A stretch of DNA of 64,000 nucleotides from Nitrososphaerota archaeon (GCA_041641295.1 JBEPYO010000001.1:32001-96000); one strand, 5' to 3'; numbered from the stretch's first letter, positions 8,436 to 18,875 are shown. The notes: generated by a model from the sequence alone, not told the origin. Translations and numbers: made by a program.

Positions 8436-9023
8436 ATGTTAAACGGTATCATGCACAATGTCACTATTAAGGTGTTAACACCAGCTCTGCTTGAGGATTA
8501 TCTAAAATTTTTTGACGAATACGCGTTCGCAGATAACCCACAATGGTTCGGCTGCTACTGCATGTATTTTCACTTCAACGGAAGTAATGAAGAATGGGAC
8601 GCCCGCCCTCCTTTAGAAAACCGAGACGCGGTCAGCGAACTTATCCGTCGTGGTAAGTTTCAAGGCCTTCTTGCATATGTTGATGGCAAGCCTGTTGGCT
8701 GGTGTCATGCTGCACCACGTATGGAAATGTCTAGACTAGGCACAATCCCTGAACTGCGGATTGAGGATGCTGAAAGAGTTGGCTCGATCGTCTGCTTTAT
8801 CATAGCTCACCCGTTTCGTCGCAGGGGAATTGCCCGCCTCTTGCTAGATGCTGCATGCGACTTGCTCTCTAGTCTGGGTCTCTCAATTGCAGAGGCCTAT
8901 CCAGTTAAGGAGGCGAAGACAGATGCAGAGAACTATAGAGGGCCACTAACCCTGTACTTGTCGGCTGGCTTCAAACCCTTCAGAGAACTTAAAGACACGA
9001 TAATAGTGCGTAAAACACTGTGA
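8436..9023 (+). CDS. GNAT family N-acetyltransferase
   Basis: CFIIAHPFRRRGIARLLL acetyl-CoA motif, WFGCYC, AEAYP, GF. Confidence 0.85.
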   Translation: MLNGIMHNVTIKVLTPALLEDYLKFFDEYAFADNPQWFGCYCMYFHFNGSNEEWDARPPLENRDAVSELIRRGKFQGLLAYVDGKPVGWCHAAPRMEMSRLGTIPELRIEDAERVGSIVCFIIAHPFRRRGIARLLLDAACDLLSSLGLSIAEAYPVKEAKTDAENYRGPLTLYLSAGFKPFRELKDTIIVRKTL

Positions 9024-9252
9024 AGTAATTTATGACTTTGTTCAACCGCGGTCAGACATTTCGAGTGATTGGATCACATCAAGTGATCGTATAATTTTAG
9101 ATAACTCCTAAACTGTCTTCTGGCATATAGATATCACGCTTCGGAATACAAAACTAATGATTGGACATAAAATGGCGCAGCAGTTAAGCCAAGAGCAGGC
9201 CTCTTTTTGGGATATTTGTTTTGCTTGTTAGGCCCGTTCATGATGTATGCCC

Positions 9253-9618
9253 TTATAGGGGTTTGGCGTATTTGGCTACAGTATCTTGGGAAAGCTCCAG
9301 TGCTATGAATGGCTCGTCTCCAACAACCCACGCATCATGGCCAGGCAAGATTTCATAGGCGCTTCCAGGCTGCAGCTCAGCGACTTCCTTGCCATCACTC
9401 GCAACCACCTTAAGACGACCTGAAATCACATATCCTATGTGATGTAACTGACAACTATCAGTCTTTGTAATCGGCTTGATAGACTTTGACCACCTCCATC
9501 CAGGCTGCAGGATCATACGCATTATAGAGAATCCTCCTAGATTCACCACCTCTACTTTCCCGTTCTCAAAGCTTCTCACATCATCCGGCGATTCTAATCG
9601 TTTATTCCTTATGCTCAT
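9253..9618 (-). CDS. Cupin domain protein
   Basis: LQPGWRWS, CQLHHIGYVISG, PGHDAWVVG. Confidence 0.85.
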   Translation of the reverse strand: MSIRNKRLESPDDVRSFENGKVEVVNLGGFSIMRMILQPGWRWSKSIKPITKTDSCQLHHIGYVISGRLKVVASDGKEVAELQPGSAYEILPGHDAWVVGDEPFIALELSQDTVAKYAKPL

Positions 9619-9775
9619 GACTAACTCTTATTTACGTACATATTAAGTCTAGCTGGCCCACCGATTTTAACGTAGTTCAACATGGATTAATAGGTAAACC
9701 GGGAGCACGTATGCGTGCCAATCCGTGTAGGGATATTATCCTTTGCCGCGGCATAGTTACAGATAATTTATCAGG

Positions 9776-10405
9776 TTAGTTTGTTTGTTTTTGTTTGAGT
9801 TTCTTGATTCTGGTGCGATACTTTTCTCTATAGAGTTGGAGGCATGAACGGCAACATAAGAAGGCGTATGCGCCTCCAGCCCTAAATGTAAGCGGCTCCC
9901 CTCTGATGGGTCCGCCACAGTAGTCACACTTCAGCTCGACCACTACCCCTTCTTCCAGTGGGAAACCTGGCTCATCCCTCAAACTACGGATAATCATGAT
10001 TACATTGTTTATCTCAAGTCCTTCGATGCGTGCTAGCTCTTCCTCGAACCGCTGGAATCCAACAAGGTCCTTGCAGGCAACCTTGATCAGTAGGTTACTT
10101 TCCCCACTTATGAGAAAGACACCACGTACCTGCTGCATAGCTAATATGCGTTCAATTATTTCTCTTGCCGTATTGCCTTTCACCTTGGCGAATATTAGGC
10201 CGGCGGCCCCCCTGCCGAACGACTCAAGGTCTAGAACTGGAATGAAGCCTTTGAGCAATCCAGCCTTCTTGAGGCGCTCGACCCTATATGCAATTGTAGG
10301 CGTTGTTGTTCTCAGGGTGCGGGCTATTTGTCTATATGATGCCCGCGCATCCCGCATGAGAGCCTGCAGTATTGCTATGTCTAACTTGTCAAGAGTTAGG
10401 GGCAT
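9776..10405 (-). CDS. Lrp/AsnC family regulator with C-terminal TRASH domain (CopR/CopT-like)
   Basis: Probable leaderless ATG 10405 about 25 nt after TATATAT. LDKLDIAILQAL..DARASYRQIA HTH; CDYCG..CCRSC TRASH motif; lies beside copA. Confidence 0.85.
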   Translation of the reverse strand: MPLTLDKLDIAILQALMRDARASYRQIARTLRTTTPTIAYRVERLKKAGLLKGFIPVLDLESFGRGAAGLIFAKVKGNTAREIIERILAMQQVRGVFLISGESNLLIKVACKDLVGFQRFEEELARIEGLEINNVIMIIRSLRDEPGFPLEEGVVVELKCDYCGGPIRGEPLTFRAGGAYAFLCCRSCLQLYREKYRTRIKKLKQKQTN

Positions 10406-10467
10406 GCACAACATCATCACTATGGGGATATATATGGTTGCGGTACTTTTCATCCATAGAGCCCTGC

Positions 10468-11415
10468 TTATTCTGAAGCCATCTCCTCTACAAAATTCCA
10501 TTCAAAGACCCTGTCAACACCGTACAACCCTTTCAGGATAAGTCTGATAGAGCGGGGTTGGTAATCTAATGGTGGGAATGTTAGTATCCCGTCTCTATGA
10601 TGACCGCCCGGAGGAGATCCATTCCATGACTTTGGATAATAAATTCTACCATTATCGTCCTGAAGTATGGCGACAGAGAGCATGTCCCAATATAGGTCAC
10701 CTACGTGAGTATCCATTTTAATATTGAAGGAGAGTTCTTTGCCTACCGAGTATGGGAGTGGGGTCACCTCTACTGTCAGCCCATTTGCCTCACTGACTTG
10801 CTTGGGGAGCATTATCACGTTGCTGCTCTCCTGCTCTGATGACATGGCGACAGTACCTAGAATTCCCCAGCCCAGCATAAACGAGCCTATTATAACAGAA
10901 GTTACTAGTGCCGTATTTTTAGCCTTAGCCATATTTATACGCATCAATCCAGCTAGGATACCCTTGTCTTCATAGAGTCTGTGCCTCTGTATCAGGTTTA
11001 GCATGAAGGTGATGCCAACAACATTTGATAGCAGCCCTACGACGATGAGGTATGGTTGGTAGGCTGTAAGGAATATGGCCGCGGCCGTAAACCCTACCAG
11101 GGGCAAAACATCAGTTATGTGGTGGATGCAGCAAGCTAACATGGCGGTTGTTGAAACCCCTCCCGTTATGGATACGCAGGCAGTGCCTTCGTGTAGGGTT
11201 GCGGCTCTGTGTCTCGCGTAGGAGAAGAGTGAGACTTGGACACCAAATCCCGCCAACAATGGAATCATCAGAGGCGAGAGGAGAATAAACTGTTCAACGG
11301 CGGCCGCTAGAGACTGTGCAATAACCATTATGAAGAAATAGACGGTGAACAAAGCCCCGGCAGACAGCAAGCCGATGGCTACGTGCCTGTTCAAATAATT
11401 TGGCTTAGCTACCAT
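10468..11415 (-). CDS. Polytopic membrane protein with CCxHH motif and extracellular His-rich domain, putative copper handling
   Basis: About 6 TM helices; MLACCIHHITD; soluble C-terminal domain with MDTHVGDL and GGHHRDG. Confidence 0.6.
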   Translation of the reverse strand: MVAKPNYLNRHVAIGLLSAGALFTVYFFIMVIAQSLAAAVEQFILLSPLMIPLLAGFGVQVSLFSYARHRAATLHEGTACVSITGGVSTTAMLACCIHHITDVLPLVGFTAAAIFLTAYQPYLIVVGLLSNVVGITFMLNLIQRHRLYEDKGILAGLMRINMAKAKNTALVTSVIIGSFMLGWGILGTVAMSSEQESSNVIMLPKQVSEANGLTVEVTPLPYSVGKELSFNIKMDTHVGDLYWDMLSVAILQDDNGRIYYPKSWNGSPPGGHHRDGILTFPPLDYQPRSIRLILKGLYGVDRVFEWNFVEEMASE

Positions 11416-11568
11416 GGGGCATCCCCTCCAAAGAGATACCTTGTACTGCGCAACAATAGTCTGAAGACAGGCTGGGCAGCATCATGCATTACCTCCTTTC
11501 ATACATTAAATCCTTAAACTAAAAGATATGCCTTCCTTGTTACAAATAAAAAGTGTGAGACTCGCATA

Positions 11569-11584
11569 CTTTACATGTGTAAAG
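11569..11584. promoter_or_regulatory. Palindromic operator CTTTAC-N4-GTAAAG, copy 1
   Basis: CTTTACATGTGTAAAG, followed 7 nt later by a TATA-like TATTTAT upstream of the cupredoxin gene. Confidence 0.6.
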
Positions 11585-11621
11585 ACGGATGTATTTATTG
11601 GAGCAGGTCTTATACTATTTG

Positions 11622-12095
11622 ATGAAAGGTAAGAAAACAAAACGAAGGCAGCGAGGCCTCCTTGATGCATTGAAGGCAGCTCTTCCACTTATTCTGTTTA
11701 TTATCTTCTTGGGTTGGCTGCTCTGGCCTCAGACACCACAGTCATACTCACAGTCGCAGATAACGTCGCAGTCCCCGGCACAGTCTGGAGCTGGCAGGGT
11801 AGTAGAAGTCCAAGCAGATATGGCTGGCTTTAGACCAAATATAATCCGAGCAAGGGTGGGAGAGAAACTGACTGTAAGACTTGTCAGTCTAGACAATGAG
11901 TACCACGTTGATGGAGGGGGCAAGCACCAATTTGCCATCGACGAGATGGGTGTGAATATAGTCGCGCCTCCCTTAGGCGCAAGTGAAGCTTCCTTCACAC
12001 CTACTCAGGCAGGAACCTACGTATTTTACTGCGATATCTGTTGCGGCGGCCGTAATAACCCGTCAATGAGGGGCCAGTTAATAGTCGAGAGTTAG
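11622..12095 (+). CDS. Membrane-anchored cupredoxin-domain protein (CDICCGG type)
   Basis: Likely ATG 11622; TM anchor; GFRPNIIRARVGE, HQF, YCDICCGG..M. Confidence 0.75.
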   Translation: MKGKKTKRRQRGLLDALKAALPLILFIIFLGWLLWPQTPQSYSQSQITSQSPAQSGAGRVVEVQADMAGFRPNIIRARVGEKLTVRLVSLDNEYHVDGGGKHQFAIDEMGVNIVAPPLGASEASFTPTQAGTYVFYCDICCGGRNNPSMRGQLIVES

Positions 12096-12214
12096 AAACG
12101 ACTTCACGATTGATCGGTCTACTGCGGGTCACGTATTAAAAATCCGCCTAATAGGTTCCTCTCTTAAATGTGTATTCGTATAGTCTGATACATGTTAGAT
12201 TTTTAGTCCCCATT

Positions 12215-12230
12215 CTTTACATTCGTAAAG
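12215..12230. promoter_or_regulatory. Palindromic operator CTTTAC-N4-GTAAAG, copy 2
   Basis: CTTTACATTCGTAAAG, followed 7 nt later by TTTTTA upstream of the YHS-copA genes. Confidence 0.6.
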
Positions 12231-12271
12231 AGCTAGCTTTTTACTCGACTGTGCTCAATATTGTGGTGAAG

Positions 12272-12490
12272 ATGTTCGGGTTCGGGAAAGCTAAGGATCC
12301 TGTGTGTGGCATGAGCGTAGAAAAGAAGAAAGCGATCAAGAGAATTGTCGGAGGTGTTGAGTATTATTTTTGTAGCGAGCATTGTGCAAATGAATTTGAA
12401 AACAAGCATGGGGGGTCAGTTGAACTTGAAGAGGACGAGCTGCACAGCCACGGTGGACATAGAGGGCACCATCATACGGGCTGTTGTTGA
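12272..12490 (+). CDS. YHS/TRASH-domain metallochaperone with His/Cys-rich tail
   Basis: KDPVCGM..YYFCSEHC; tail HSHGGHRGHHHTGCC; directly upstream of copA. Confidence 0.85.
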   Translation: MFGFGKAKDPVCGMSVEKKKAIKRIVGGVEYYFCSEHCANEFENKHGGSVELEEDELHSHGGHRGHHHTGCC

Positions 12491-12545
12491 TAACTGGTGC
12501 GGCTTACAAGACTTTTTGGACGTATCTCAGTAGAGGTGTAATTTT

Positions 12546-15077
12546 GTGAAGGAGAAGAAAATAGACCTGCAGATTGGTGGAATGCACTGCGCCTCATGCG
12601 CTCAGACGATAGAGAAGGCTCTAAGAGGCTTAGAAGGAGTGATAGATGTGAGTGTTAACTTCAATGCTGCTAAAGCTTACGTCGTGTATGACCCGGGTAA
12701 AGTGCACCTCTCTGACTTGAAGAGGATTATAAGTGATGTGGGGTATAGAGTTCTCACAAATAAGGTTACCTTAAAGATTGAGGGGATGACTTGCGCCTCC
12801 TGCGTCCAGAAGGTTGAGAATGCGCTCAGAAATGTGGATGGAGTCTTTGATGCTACGGTAAATTTGGCCTTGGGTAAGGCAACAGTCGAATACGCATCTG
12901 ACGTTAAAATTTCGGAGATGGTTAAAGCGGTCAGGGAGGTAGGTTATGAGGCGTCGGAGGCTGTTGAGGCAGAGCTGACGATTGACAGGGGAAAGCTTGA
13001 GAGGAGGAAGGAGATAAGACGGCAGACAATCAACCTTGCCCTTGCAACTCCACTAGCGTTGATAGTTATGCTGGGAGAGTTCCGCATGTATTGGCTGAAC
13101 TATTTTTATGTTCCCGAGTTTATGGAGAATAAATTCTTCCTCCTTGCTATCACTTCTATAGTAGTGTTTGGTCCTGCTAGGCAGTTCTTTGTTAACTCCT
13201 TTAGAGGGCTGATGCACGGCGCAACGGACATGAACCTTCTCTACGCCACAGGTATAGGCGCTGCATACTCAGTCAGCGCTTTCAGTACATTCTTCCCCTT
13301 CGGGGGTGGGCTCCCAAGCGTCTGGTTTGAGGCAGCAGCCCTTCTAACAGCCTTCATAGTCCTAGGACGCTTCCTAGAGGCTATAACGCGTGGAAGAACC
13401 TCAGAGGCCATCAGGAGGCTCATGGAGATTAAGCCTAAGACTGCGAGGGTGATCCGGGATGGTGAAGAGGTGGAGATATCAGCGGATGATGTTCAGATCG
13501 GGGATGTAGTCTTAGTGAGGCCAGGTGAAAGGATTCCCGTAGACGGTATAGTGATTGAAGGATACTCCTCCGTAGATGAGTCCATGATCACGGGGGAAAG
13601 TATGCCAGTGGACAAGAAGGTAGGTGATGAGGTTATAGGTGGAACGGTGAACAAGGCAGGCTTTCTCAAGTTTAGGGCAACTAAAGTTGGTAAGGATACC
13701 GCTTTAGCACAAATTATAAAGCTTGTTGAGCAGGCTCAGACCTCTAAGCTCCCAATTCAGAGGCTGGCAGACTGGGTTGCAGGAAACTTCATCTTCGCCA
13801 TACACGTTTTAGCTCTGATAACGTTTCTCTTCTGGTTCTTCATTGGCTATGAAGCATTCTTCGTACCTAAGGGCGAGGAGATCTTTACTGGGTTCTGGTA
13901 CCGCGTCGTTCCCCAAGCCTCTCCAGCCACACTCGCCCTGCTTATCTCAATAGCTGTACTAGTCATCTCATGCCCATGCGCCGTGGGCCTCGCCACTCCC
14001 TCAGCTGTTATGATGGGAACAGGCAAGGCGGCGGAGAACGGGATACTGATAAGAAGTGGTGAAGCCCTAGAAATGGCCCATAAGCTTGACGTCATCATCT
14101 TCGATAAGACAGGTACTCTAACTAAAGGGGAGCCGTCAGTAACCGATGTAGTGCTAAAGGCAGCACCAGCTATACGCGCCAACCCACATCCTCGTGACGA
14201 GAGATGGCTGCTCTTGATGGCGGCTATTGCTGAGAAGAGGTCGGAGCACCCGCTAGCGAAGGCAATTGTGAAAAGGGCTAGGGAACTTGGTCTCGACATA
14301 CCAGACCCAGAGTCATTTGAGGCTATACCGGGGCAGGGGGTCCAAGCAGCATACAATGGAAAGACAATCCTTCTAGGCAACAGAAAACTGATGACCAGCA
14401 AGGGAATAAGGATAGACGATCTGGAGGAGAAGATAGCAGCCCTGGAGGACGAGGGGAAGACAGTTATGATCCTCTCTTATGATGGCGAGGCCTGCGGAGT
14501 TATAGCGGTCGCAGACACTCTTAAGGAACACTCTGCAGAAGCCGTTAATATTATTCAGGAGATGGGCATCGAAGTTGCCATGCTCACCGGTGATAACAGG
14601 AGGACGGCAAACGCGATAGCTAAGCGTCTTGGCATTAAGCGTGTATTGGCAGAGGTCCTGCCGCAGGACAAGGCGGAGGAAGTAAGGAAGCTTCAGGCCG
14701 AGGGTAAGAAGGTGGGATTCGTAGGCGATGGAATCAACGATGCTCCGGCGCTAACCCAGGCGGATGTCGGCATAGCGCTAGGAAGTGGTACAGACATCGC
14801 GATGGAGGCGGGGAAGATAGTCCTTATCAAGGACGACCTCCGAGACGTGGTGAATGCCATCGACATCAGCAAACGCACTATGAGAAAGATTAAGGAGAAC
14901 TTGTTCTGGGCATTCTTCTATAACGCCACTGCCGTGCCATTAGGCATGGGCATCCTCTACCCGTCCATGAGCTTCGTAGTGAGCCCCGAACTAGCAGCCC
15001 TGCTAATGGCCCTCAGTTCTTTCACCGTAACCATGAACACCCTCACGATGAAGAGGATGAAGCCGAGAGTCAGGTGA
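12546..15077 (+). CDS. copA: Cu(I)-translocating P1B-type ATPase
   Basis: Two GMxCASC HMA domains, TGES, CPC, DKTGT, SEHP, GDGIND, YN and MxxSS Cu(I) signatures. Confidence 0.95.
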   Translation: MKEKKIDLQIGGMHCASCAQTIEKALRGLEGVIDVSVNFNAAKAYVVYDPGKVHLSDLKRIISDVGYRVLTNKVTLKIEGMTCASCVQKVENALRNVDGVFDATVNLALGKATVEYASDVKISEMVKAVREVGYEASEAVEAELTIDRGKLERRKEIRRQTINLALATPLALIVMLGEFRMYWLNYFYVPEFMENKFFLLAITSIVVFGPARQFFVNSFRGLMHGATDMNLLYATGIGAAYSVSAFSTFFPFGGGLPSVWFEAAALLTAFIVLGRFLEAITRGRTSEAIRRLMEIKPKTARVIRDGEEVEISADDVQIGDVVLVRPGERIPVDGIVIEGYSSVDESMITGESMPVDKKVGDEVIGGTVNKAGFLKFRATKVGKDTALAQIIKLVEQAQTSKLPIQRLADWVAGNFIFAIHVLALITFLFWFFIGYEAFFVPKGEEIFTGFWYRVVPQASPATLALLISIAVLVISCPCAVGLATPSAVMMGTGKAAENGILIRSGEALEMAHKLDVIIFDKTGTLTKGEPSVTDVVLKAAPAIRANPHPRDERWLLLMAAIAEKRSEHPLAKAIVKRARELGLDIPDPESFEAIPGQGVQAAYNGKTILLGNRKLMTSKGIRIDDLEEKIAALEDEGKTVMILSYDGEACGVIAVADTLKEHSAEAVNIIQEMGIEVAMLTGDNRRTANAIAKRLGIKRVLAEVLPQDKAEEVRKLQAEGKKVGFVGDGINDAPALTQADVGIALGSGTDIAMEAGKIVLIKDDLRDVVNAIDISKRTMRKIKENLFWAFFYNATAVPLGMGILYPSMSFVVSPELAALLMALSSFTVTMNTLTMKRMKPRVR

Positions 15078-15295
15078 TGCAAATGAGCCGTGTGACTGCT
15101 AGGTTAGTTACAGCGGGCTCATGCCTATTGCTCGCCGGCCTAGTAACCACACTCTTTGTGCTGGCTGCACTACAGCTCGGCAAGTATTCGCAGATTGACA
15201 TCTACATAGGAGCCGCATGGGTCTTCACCCTCTCACTCATCATCTCATCACCAATATTGGTTCCGCTCATCCGCAAAAAGTTGAAAGGGGAATGA
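15074..15295 (+). CDS. Small 2-TM membrane protein coupled to copA
   Basis: GTGA overlap with the copA stop; two hydrophobic helices. Confidence 0.55.
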   Translation: MMQMSRVTARLVTAGSCLLLAGLVTTLFVLAALQLGKYSQIDIYIGAAWVFTLSLIISSPILVPLIRKKLKGE

Positions 15296-15364
15296 ACGGG
15301 GCAGCTGTTCCGGGTTGATATGAGGGAAGCGATTGGAGATTGGAATCGTGAATATGTACGCGTG

Positions 15365-15982
15365 TTAGAATGGGTTGAGTATCCCAAGCCTTAGATTAGC
15401 CATCACATAGATTAAGGCCAGCTGGAAGATCGCTTGGCTTCCAGTCATCCTGAAGATGCGAAGACCTAGCCGGACTATCTTATCCTTGTCCGGAACCTCC
15501 TTCCTCAGCTCCCTGTATATCCTTATCTCACTGGGTAATATTATTCCGAAGCCCTGTATCACAAGGACAGTCACTACCACAACGGCTATCACAATCATGG
15601 GATACTTAAAGTCAAGAATGTTGTAGCGTAGAGCCAATGTAATTCCTGATGTTATTGCCACCCCCGCTAGGACAGGCACGAAGAATACCGCGATTGGAAC
15701 TATCCTCTTTACAAACTCTGCCCGAGAATCTGGAGTGAGCCCCTTCATCACCCGGCTCAACACCAGCCCATAGAACAAGTCTATACCGGTCCATGTCCCA
15801 CCTGTTATGACGTGCGTATAAATGAGGAGCCTGAGATCTCTAGACGCAAGCGCTATGATGAGACCAGCTATCGGTACGATTAATGTGGCGTATGATAGTG
15901 GGGTAACAGTCCGGGGTGCAGGAACTCCCTCCTGCATGTGCTTGGAACCGGCGGGTGGGATAAAACTCTTCCACATGTACAC
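15365..15982 (-). CDS. Conserved-looking polytopic membrane protein
   Basis: About 5 TM helices; HVITGGTWTGIDLF motif; start uncertain. Confidence 0.6.
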   Translation of the reverse strand: MYMWKSFIPPAGSKHMQEGVPAPRTVTPLSYATLIVPIAGLIIALASRDLRLLIYTHVITGGTWTGIDLFYGLVLSRVMKGLTPDSRAEFVKRIVPIAVFFVPVLAGVAITSGITLALRYNILDFKYPMIVIAVVVVTVLVIQGFGIILPSEIRIYRELRKEVPDKDKIVRLGLRIFRMTGSQAIFQLALIYVMANLRLGILNPF

Positions 15983-16194
15983 GTGAGTGACATATAAAAT
16001 AAATATGAGATTATGGTGAGCTGATTACTGTATTTTCTACCCTGTCTCTTAATCTCTTCTATACTAGAATTGCATTTTCGCAGGGGTGGGCAGAGCTCAG
16101 GCAAGCTATATGAAATTTAGAACGTTGAGGGCGCCTACAATGTAAGAGGGGGCCGTCTTTAGGCCATCTACATGGCAGATTCCGTGTCTGGCGA

Positions 16195-16929
16195 CTAGTG
16201 GGTGGTCAGAGCTCCCCAGAGTATGAGGGCCGACACAATTACCATGACGACGCCAAGCCACAGCTTCGCTAGCCCATGCCTACTCGTCAGCCATCTGCGT
16301 ACCCGAACTGCCACATGCCTATTGGTACAAATCAGTAGTATGGTTGTGGAGGGGGTTATGAAGAGTGTGTTGTAGAGAAAGAGGTAGAAGAGATTCAGGC
16401 TACTCTGCATAGAGAGGGTTGAAAGAAATAGCGTATATATTCCGCCTGTACATGCGCAGGGAAAGCTATGCAGCCCAGTAAGTACGCCAGCCCCTATAAG
16501 TGCTGGGAACGCCACCATTTTTGTCAACTGAACAGCACCCTTCTTCATCAAATATACAGCACCTTTTGCAAAGTATTCTGAGACATTGTATATCGGCAAC
16601 AGGCCCGGGTAAAAGTAATTTACTATGTTGGCGGATCCTATAAAAAGCATGATCGCGGCGCTGATTCTGGCTAATATGTGAGGAACAGTTGGGAACCCCG
16701 AGATAGATATGAGGAAGCCGAGCCCGACAACAAAGTACGATGCATAGACTGCGGCAATGAAGGCAGCACCCATCAATAGGGTTTGGATCCTACTCAAACC
16801 AAATGTAAACATCAGGGATATCAGTAGAGCGGTTATACTAAGAACGCAGATATTTAGACCATCAACCAGAGCGAGGGGCAAAAGGTACGAGATCTCCGAC
16901 ATACCCCTTTTACGGATATCCAACCCCAC
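16195..16929 (-). CDS. CcdA/DsbD-like transmembrane thiol protein
   Basis: About 6-7 TM helices with DGLNIC and FPCACTGGIY Cys motifs at CcdA-like positions. Confidence 0.6.
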   Translation of the reverse strand: MGLDIRKRGMSEISYLLPLALVDGLNICVLSITALLISLMFTFGLSRIQTLLMGAAFIAAVYASYFVVGLGFLISISGFPTVPHILARISAAIMLFIGSANIVNYFYPGLLPIYNVSEYFAKGAVYLMKKGAVQLTKMVAFPALIGAGVLTGLHSFPCACTGGIYTLFLSTLSMQSSLNLFYLFLYNTLFITPSTTILLICTNRHVAVRVRRWLTSRHGLAKLWLGVVMVIVSALILWGALTTH

Positions 16930-17143
16930 ATTCCTATATATGTCTTGTTATTGTTATGTATGAAATGTTAGAACCGTTTATACACACCAGCCCATTCTCT
17001 TCTCGGAAATGAGGACTGAAAAATTTTCGCCTAAAGGGTATAGAAATTTTGCGTCCAAAGCCAAAATATGTCCACGACCACCACGCCGGTTATGATTAGA
17101 CTCTGACAAACTTTAATTAGTTCTTTGATAGCATCTTTGTGGG

Positions 17144-17578
17144 ATGAAAATGAGAAATAGAGTGAAGAAGCGCACCAGTAGTAAACTGTCGTCAACTCTA
17201 AAAGCCCTTCTTCCGCTTATCTTATTCTCAGCCCTCATTGCTTGGCTTGTCTGGCCTCAGACACCCTCCCAGACATCTTTGGGTACTATTGAAGGTAGAA
17301 AACCCGTCTTAAACCCTGACCTTTTCAAGGGTGTTGTGAGGGAAGCATACATGACAGCCAAACAGTATCCAGAACTCCTTGAACAGATAAGGTGCTATTG
17401 TGGCTGCGATAATCCAATGCACACCCCCTACCACAGAAGCCTGTATGAATGCTTCACTGATACACACGGATCAAACTGCCAAGTATGTGTTGATGAAGCG
17501 ATACTCGCGAGGAACCTCTACCTAGAAGGAAAGACACCCGCAGAAATCAGGTCAATAATCGATCAAAGATACGCTTGA
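17144..17578 (+). CDS. PCYCGC-motif family membrane-anchored protein
   Basis: CYCGC..HRSLYECF..HGSNCQVC..IRSIIDQRY pattern; N-terminal TM anchor. Confidence 0.75.
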   Translation: MKMRNRVKKRTSSKLSSTLKALLPLILFSALIAWLVWPQTPSQTSLGTIEGRKPVLNPDLFKGVVREAYMTAKQYPELLEQIRCYCGCDNPMHTPYHRSLYECFTDTHGSNCQVCVDEAILARNLYLEGKTPAEIRSIIDQRYA

Positions 17579-17707
17579 TAAGCCCTTTGCTATGAAGCGT
17601 CTAAATCTTGCGAGCTTTTCCACCATTTCTGAACTAAAAAACAGGGGGTCTATAAGGATAGGGAGATGCCTCACTGGTTTAACACCTCTCATACCGGCCT
17701 GTAAGTG

Positions 17708-18781
17708 TCAGGTGAATGGCGTATCACGCCATTTAGTGGCGTTAGCCTCTATTACTCTCAACGCATTCCCGTAAGCTATCTTTTCTACGTCTTGCTTCGA
17801 TAATCCGCGTGACAAAAGCTCGCTCCAGAGATTCCCGAACATCGTGATATCTTCTAGGCCTCGGGGCTCGTCAAGATGCATGATGCCGAAGAAATCGGTT
17901 CCTATTGCCGGTATATCCGGGCCGAAATTATCATGTATGTAAATTATATGGTCCGCGACTCTTTTTACGTCTGCGTCTTTCCCCAACGTTGGTAGAATCA
18001 TAGTGATGCCAACAACGCCCTTATTTCTTTTCAAAGCGTCCAGTTCTTCGTCGTCGAGATTGCGTGCATGTTTTTGTATGGATGCAGCGTTTGCGTGACT
18101 AACAATTGCTGGCAGCTTGGAGAGGCTCAGCGCTTCGATGGTGCTCTTCTTGCTTGCGTGGGCCAAGTCTATTATGACGCCGAGCTCGTTACACCTTTCA
18201 ACTAGGTCTTCTCCGTCGCCTGTTAAGCCGTAGTCCCGCTTAGACATGCATGAGGCGGCATACTTGTTGTCGAAGTTCCAGGTGAGCTGGAGAGACCTAA
18301 TACCTAGCATGTAGAACAGGTCTATGTCCTCAACATCCTCAAGCGGCTCGGCACCCTCTATAGCCATTAAGAACCACGTCTTTCCACCTCTCCGCGCTTC
18401 ACCGAGGTCTGAGGAAGTCCTTAAAAGCCCTAAATCGTTTTTATGTGCTGACAGGAGATTATAGTACGTCTTGACATGTTCTAGGGTTACCATCGTGGGT
18501 GAGCGTATCCTCATCGCTCCGACCTTTACACCATAACCCGTTACCTGCTGTCTAAGCCTGGACGGATTCTGCGTAGGGATGATGTGGGCTATGGAGGAGA
18601 AGACGATCCTGACATCGGCTCTCTTGAACTTGGGGATGTCGCCATGCCTTCCTTTTAAGTCGACGTCGAAGCTCTCCGGCTTAAATTTTAACCCATAGCC
18701 TCCAAGAAAGTAGTATAGCGAGATGTCCTCGTGCAAATCTATTAACGGTGGGCTAAGCCTCGTAGCCAATCCCTCAGGCAT
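17708..18781 (-). CDS. Membrane dipeptidase (peptidase M19) family
   Basis: IDLHED, IEGAE, LTWN, IDLAH, SHAN, RNLDDE, GTDF, GNALR. Confidence 0.9.
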   Translation of the reverse strand: MPEGLATRLSPPLIDLHEDISLYYFLGGYGLKFKPESFDVDLKGRHGDIPKFKRADVRIVFSSIAHIIPTQNPSRLRQQVTGYGVKVGAMRIRSPTMVTLEHVKTYYNLLSAHKNDLGLLRTSSDLGEARRGGKTWFLMAIEGAEPLEDVEDIDLFYMLGIRSLQLTWNFDNKYAASCMSKRDYGLTGDGEDLVERCNELGVIIDLAHASKKSTIEALSLSKLPAIVSHANAASIQKHARNLDDEELDALKRNKGVVGITMILPTLGKDADVKRVADHIIYIHDNFGPDIPAIGTDFFGIMHLDEPRGLEDITMFGNLWSELLSRGLSKQDVEKIAYGNALRVIEANATKWRDTPFT

Positions 18782-18875
18782 CAGGCATAGCCCGCTTCTT
18801 TATACATTTTACCCCATCCCCATTGAAATTCTGCCACGGGAAAAGGAGCTCTTTGACCCGCCCATTTCCATTATT

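Noticed and set aside
1-18800. Integrated mobile element as the explanation for the accessory metal/redox region
   Set aside because: No integrase, transposase, att repeat or tRNA boundary is visible; only gene content suggests it is accessory
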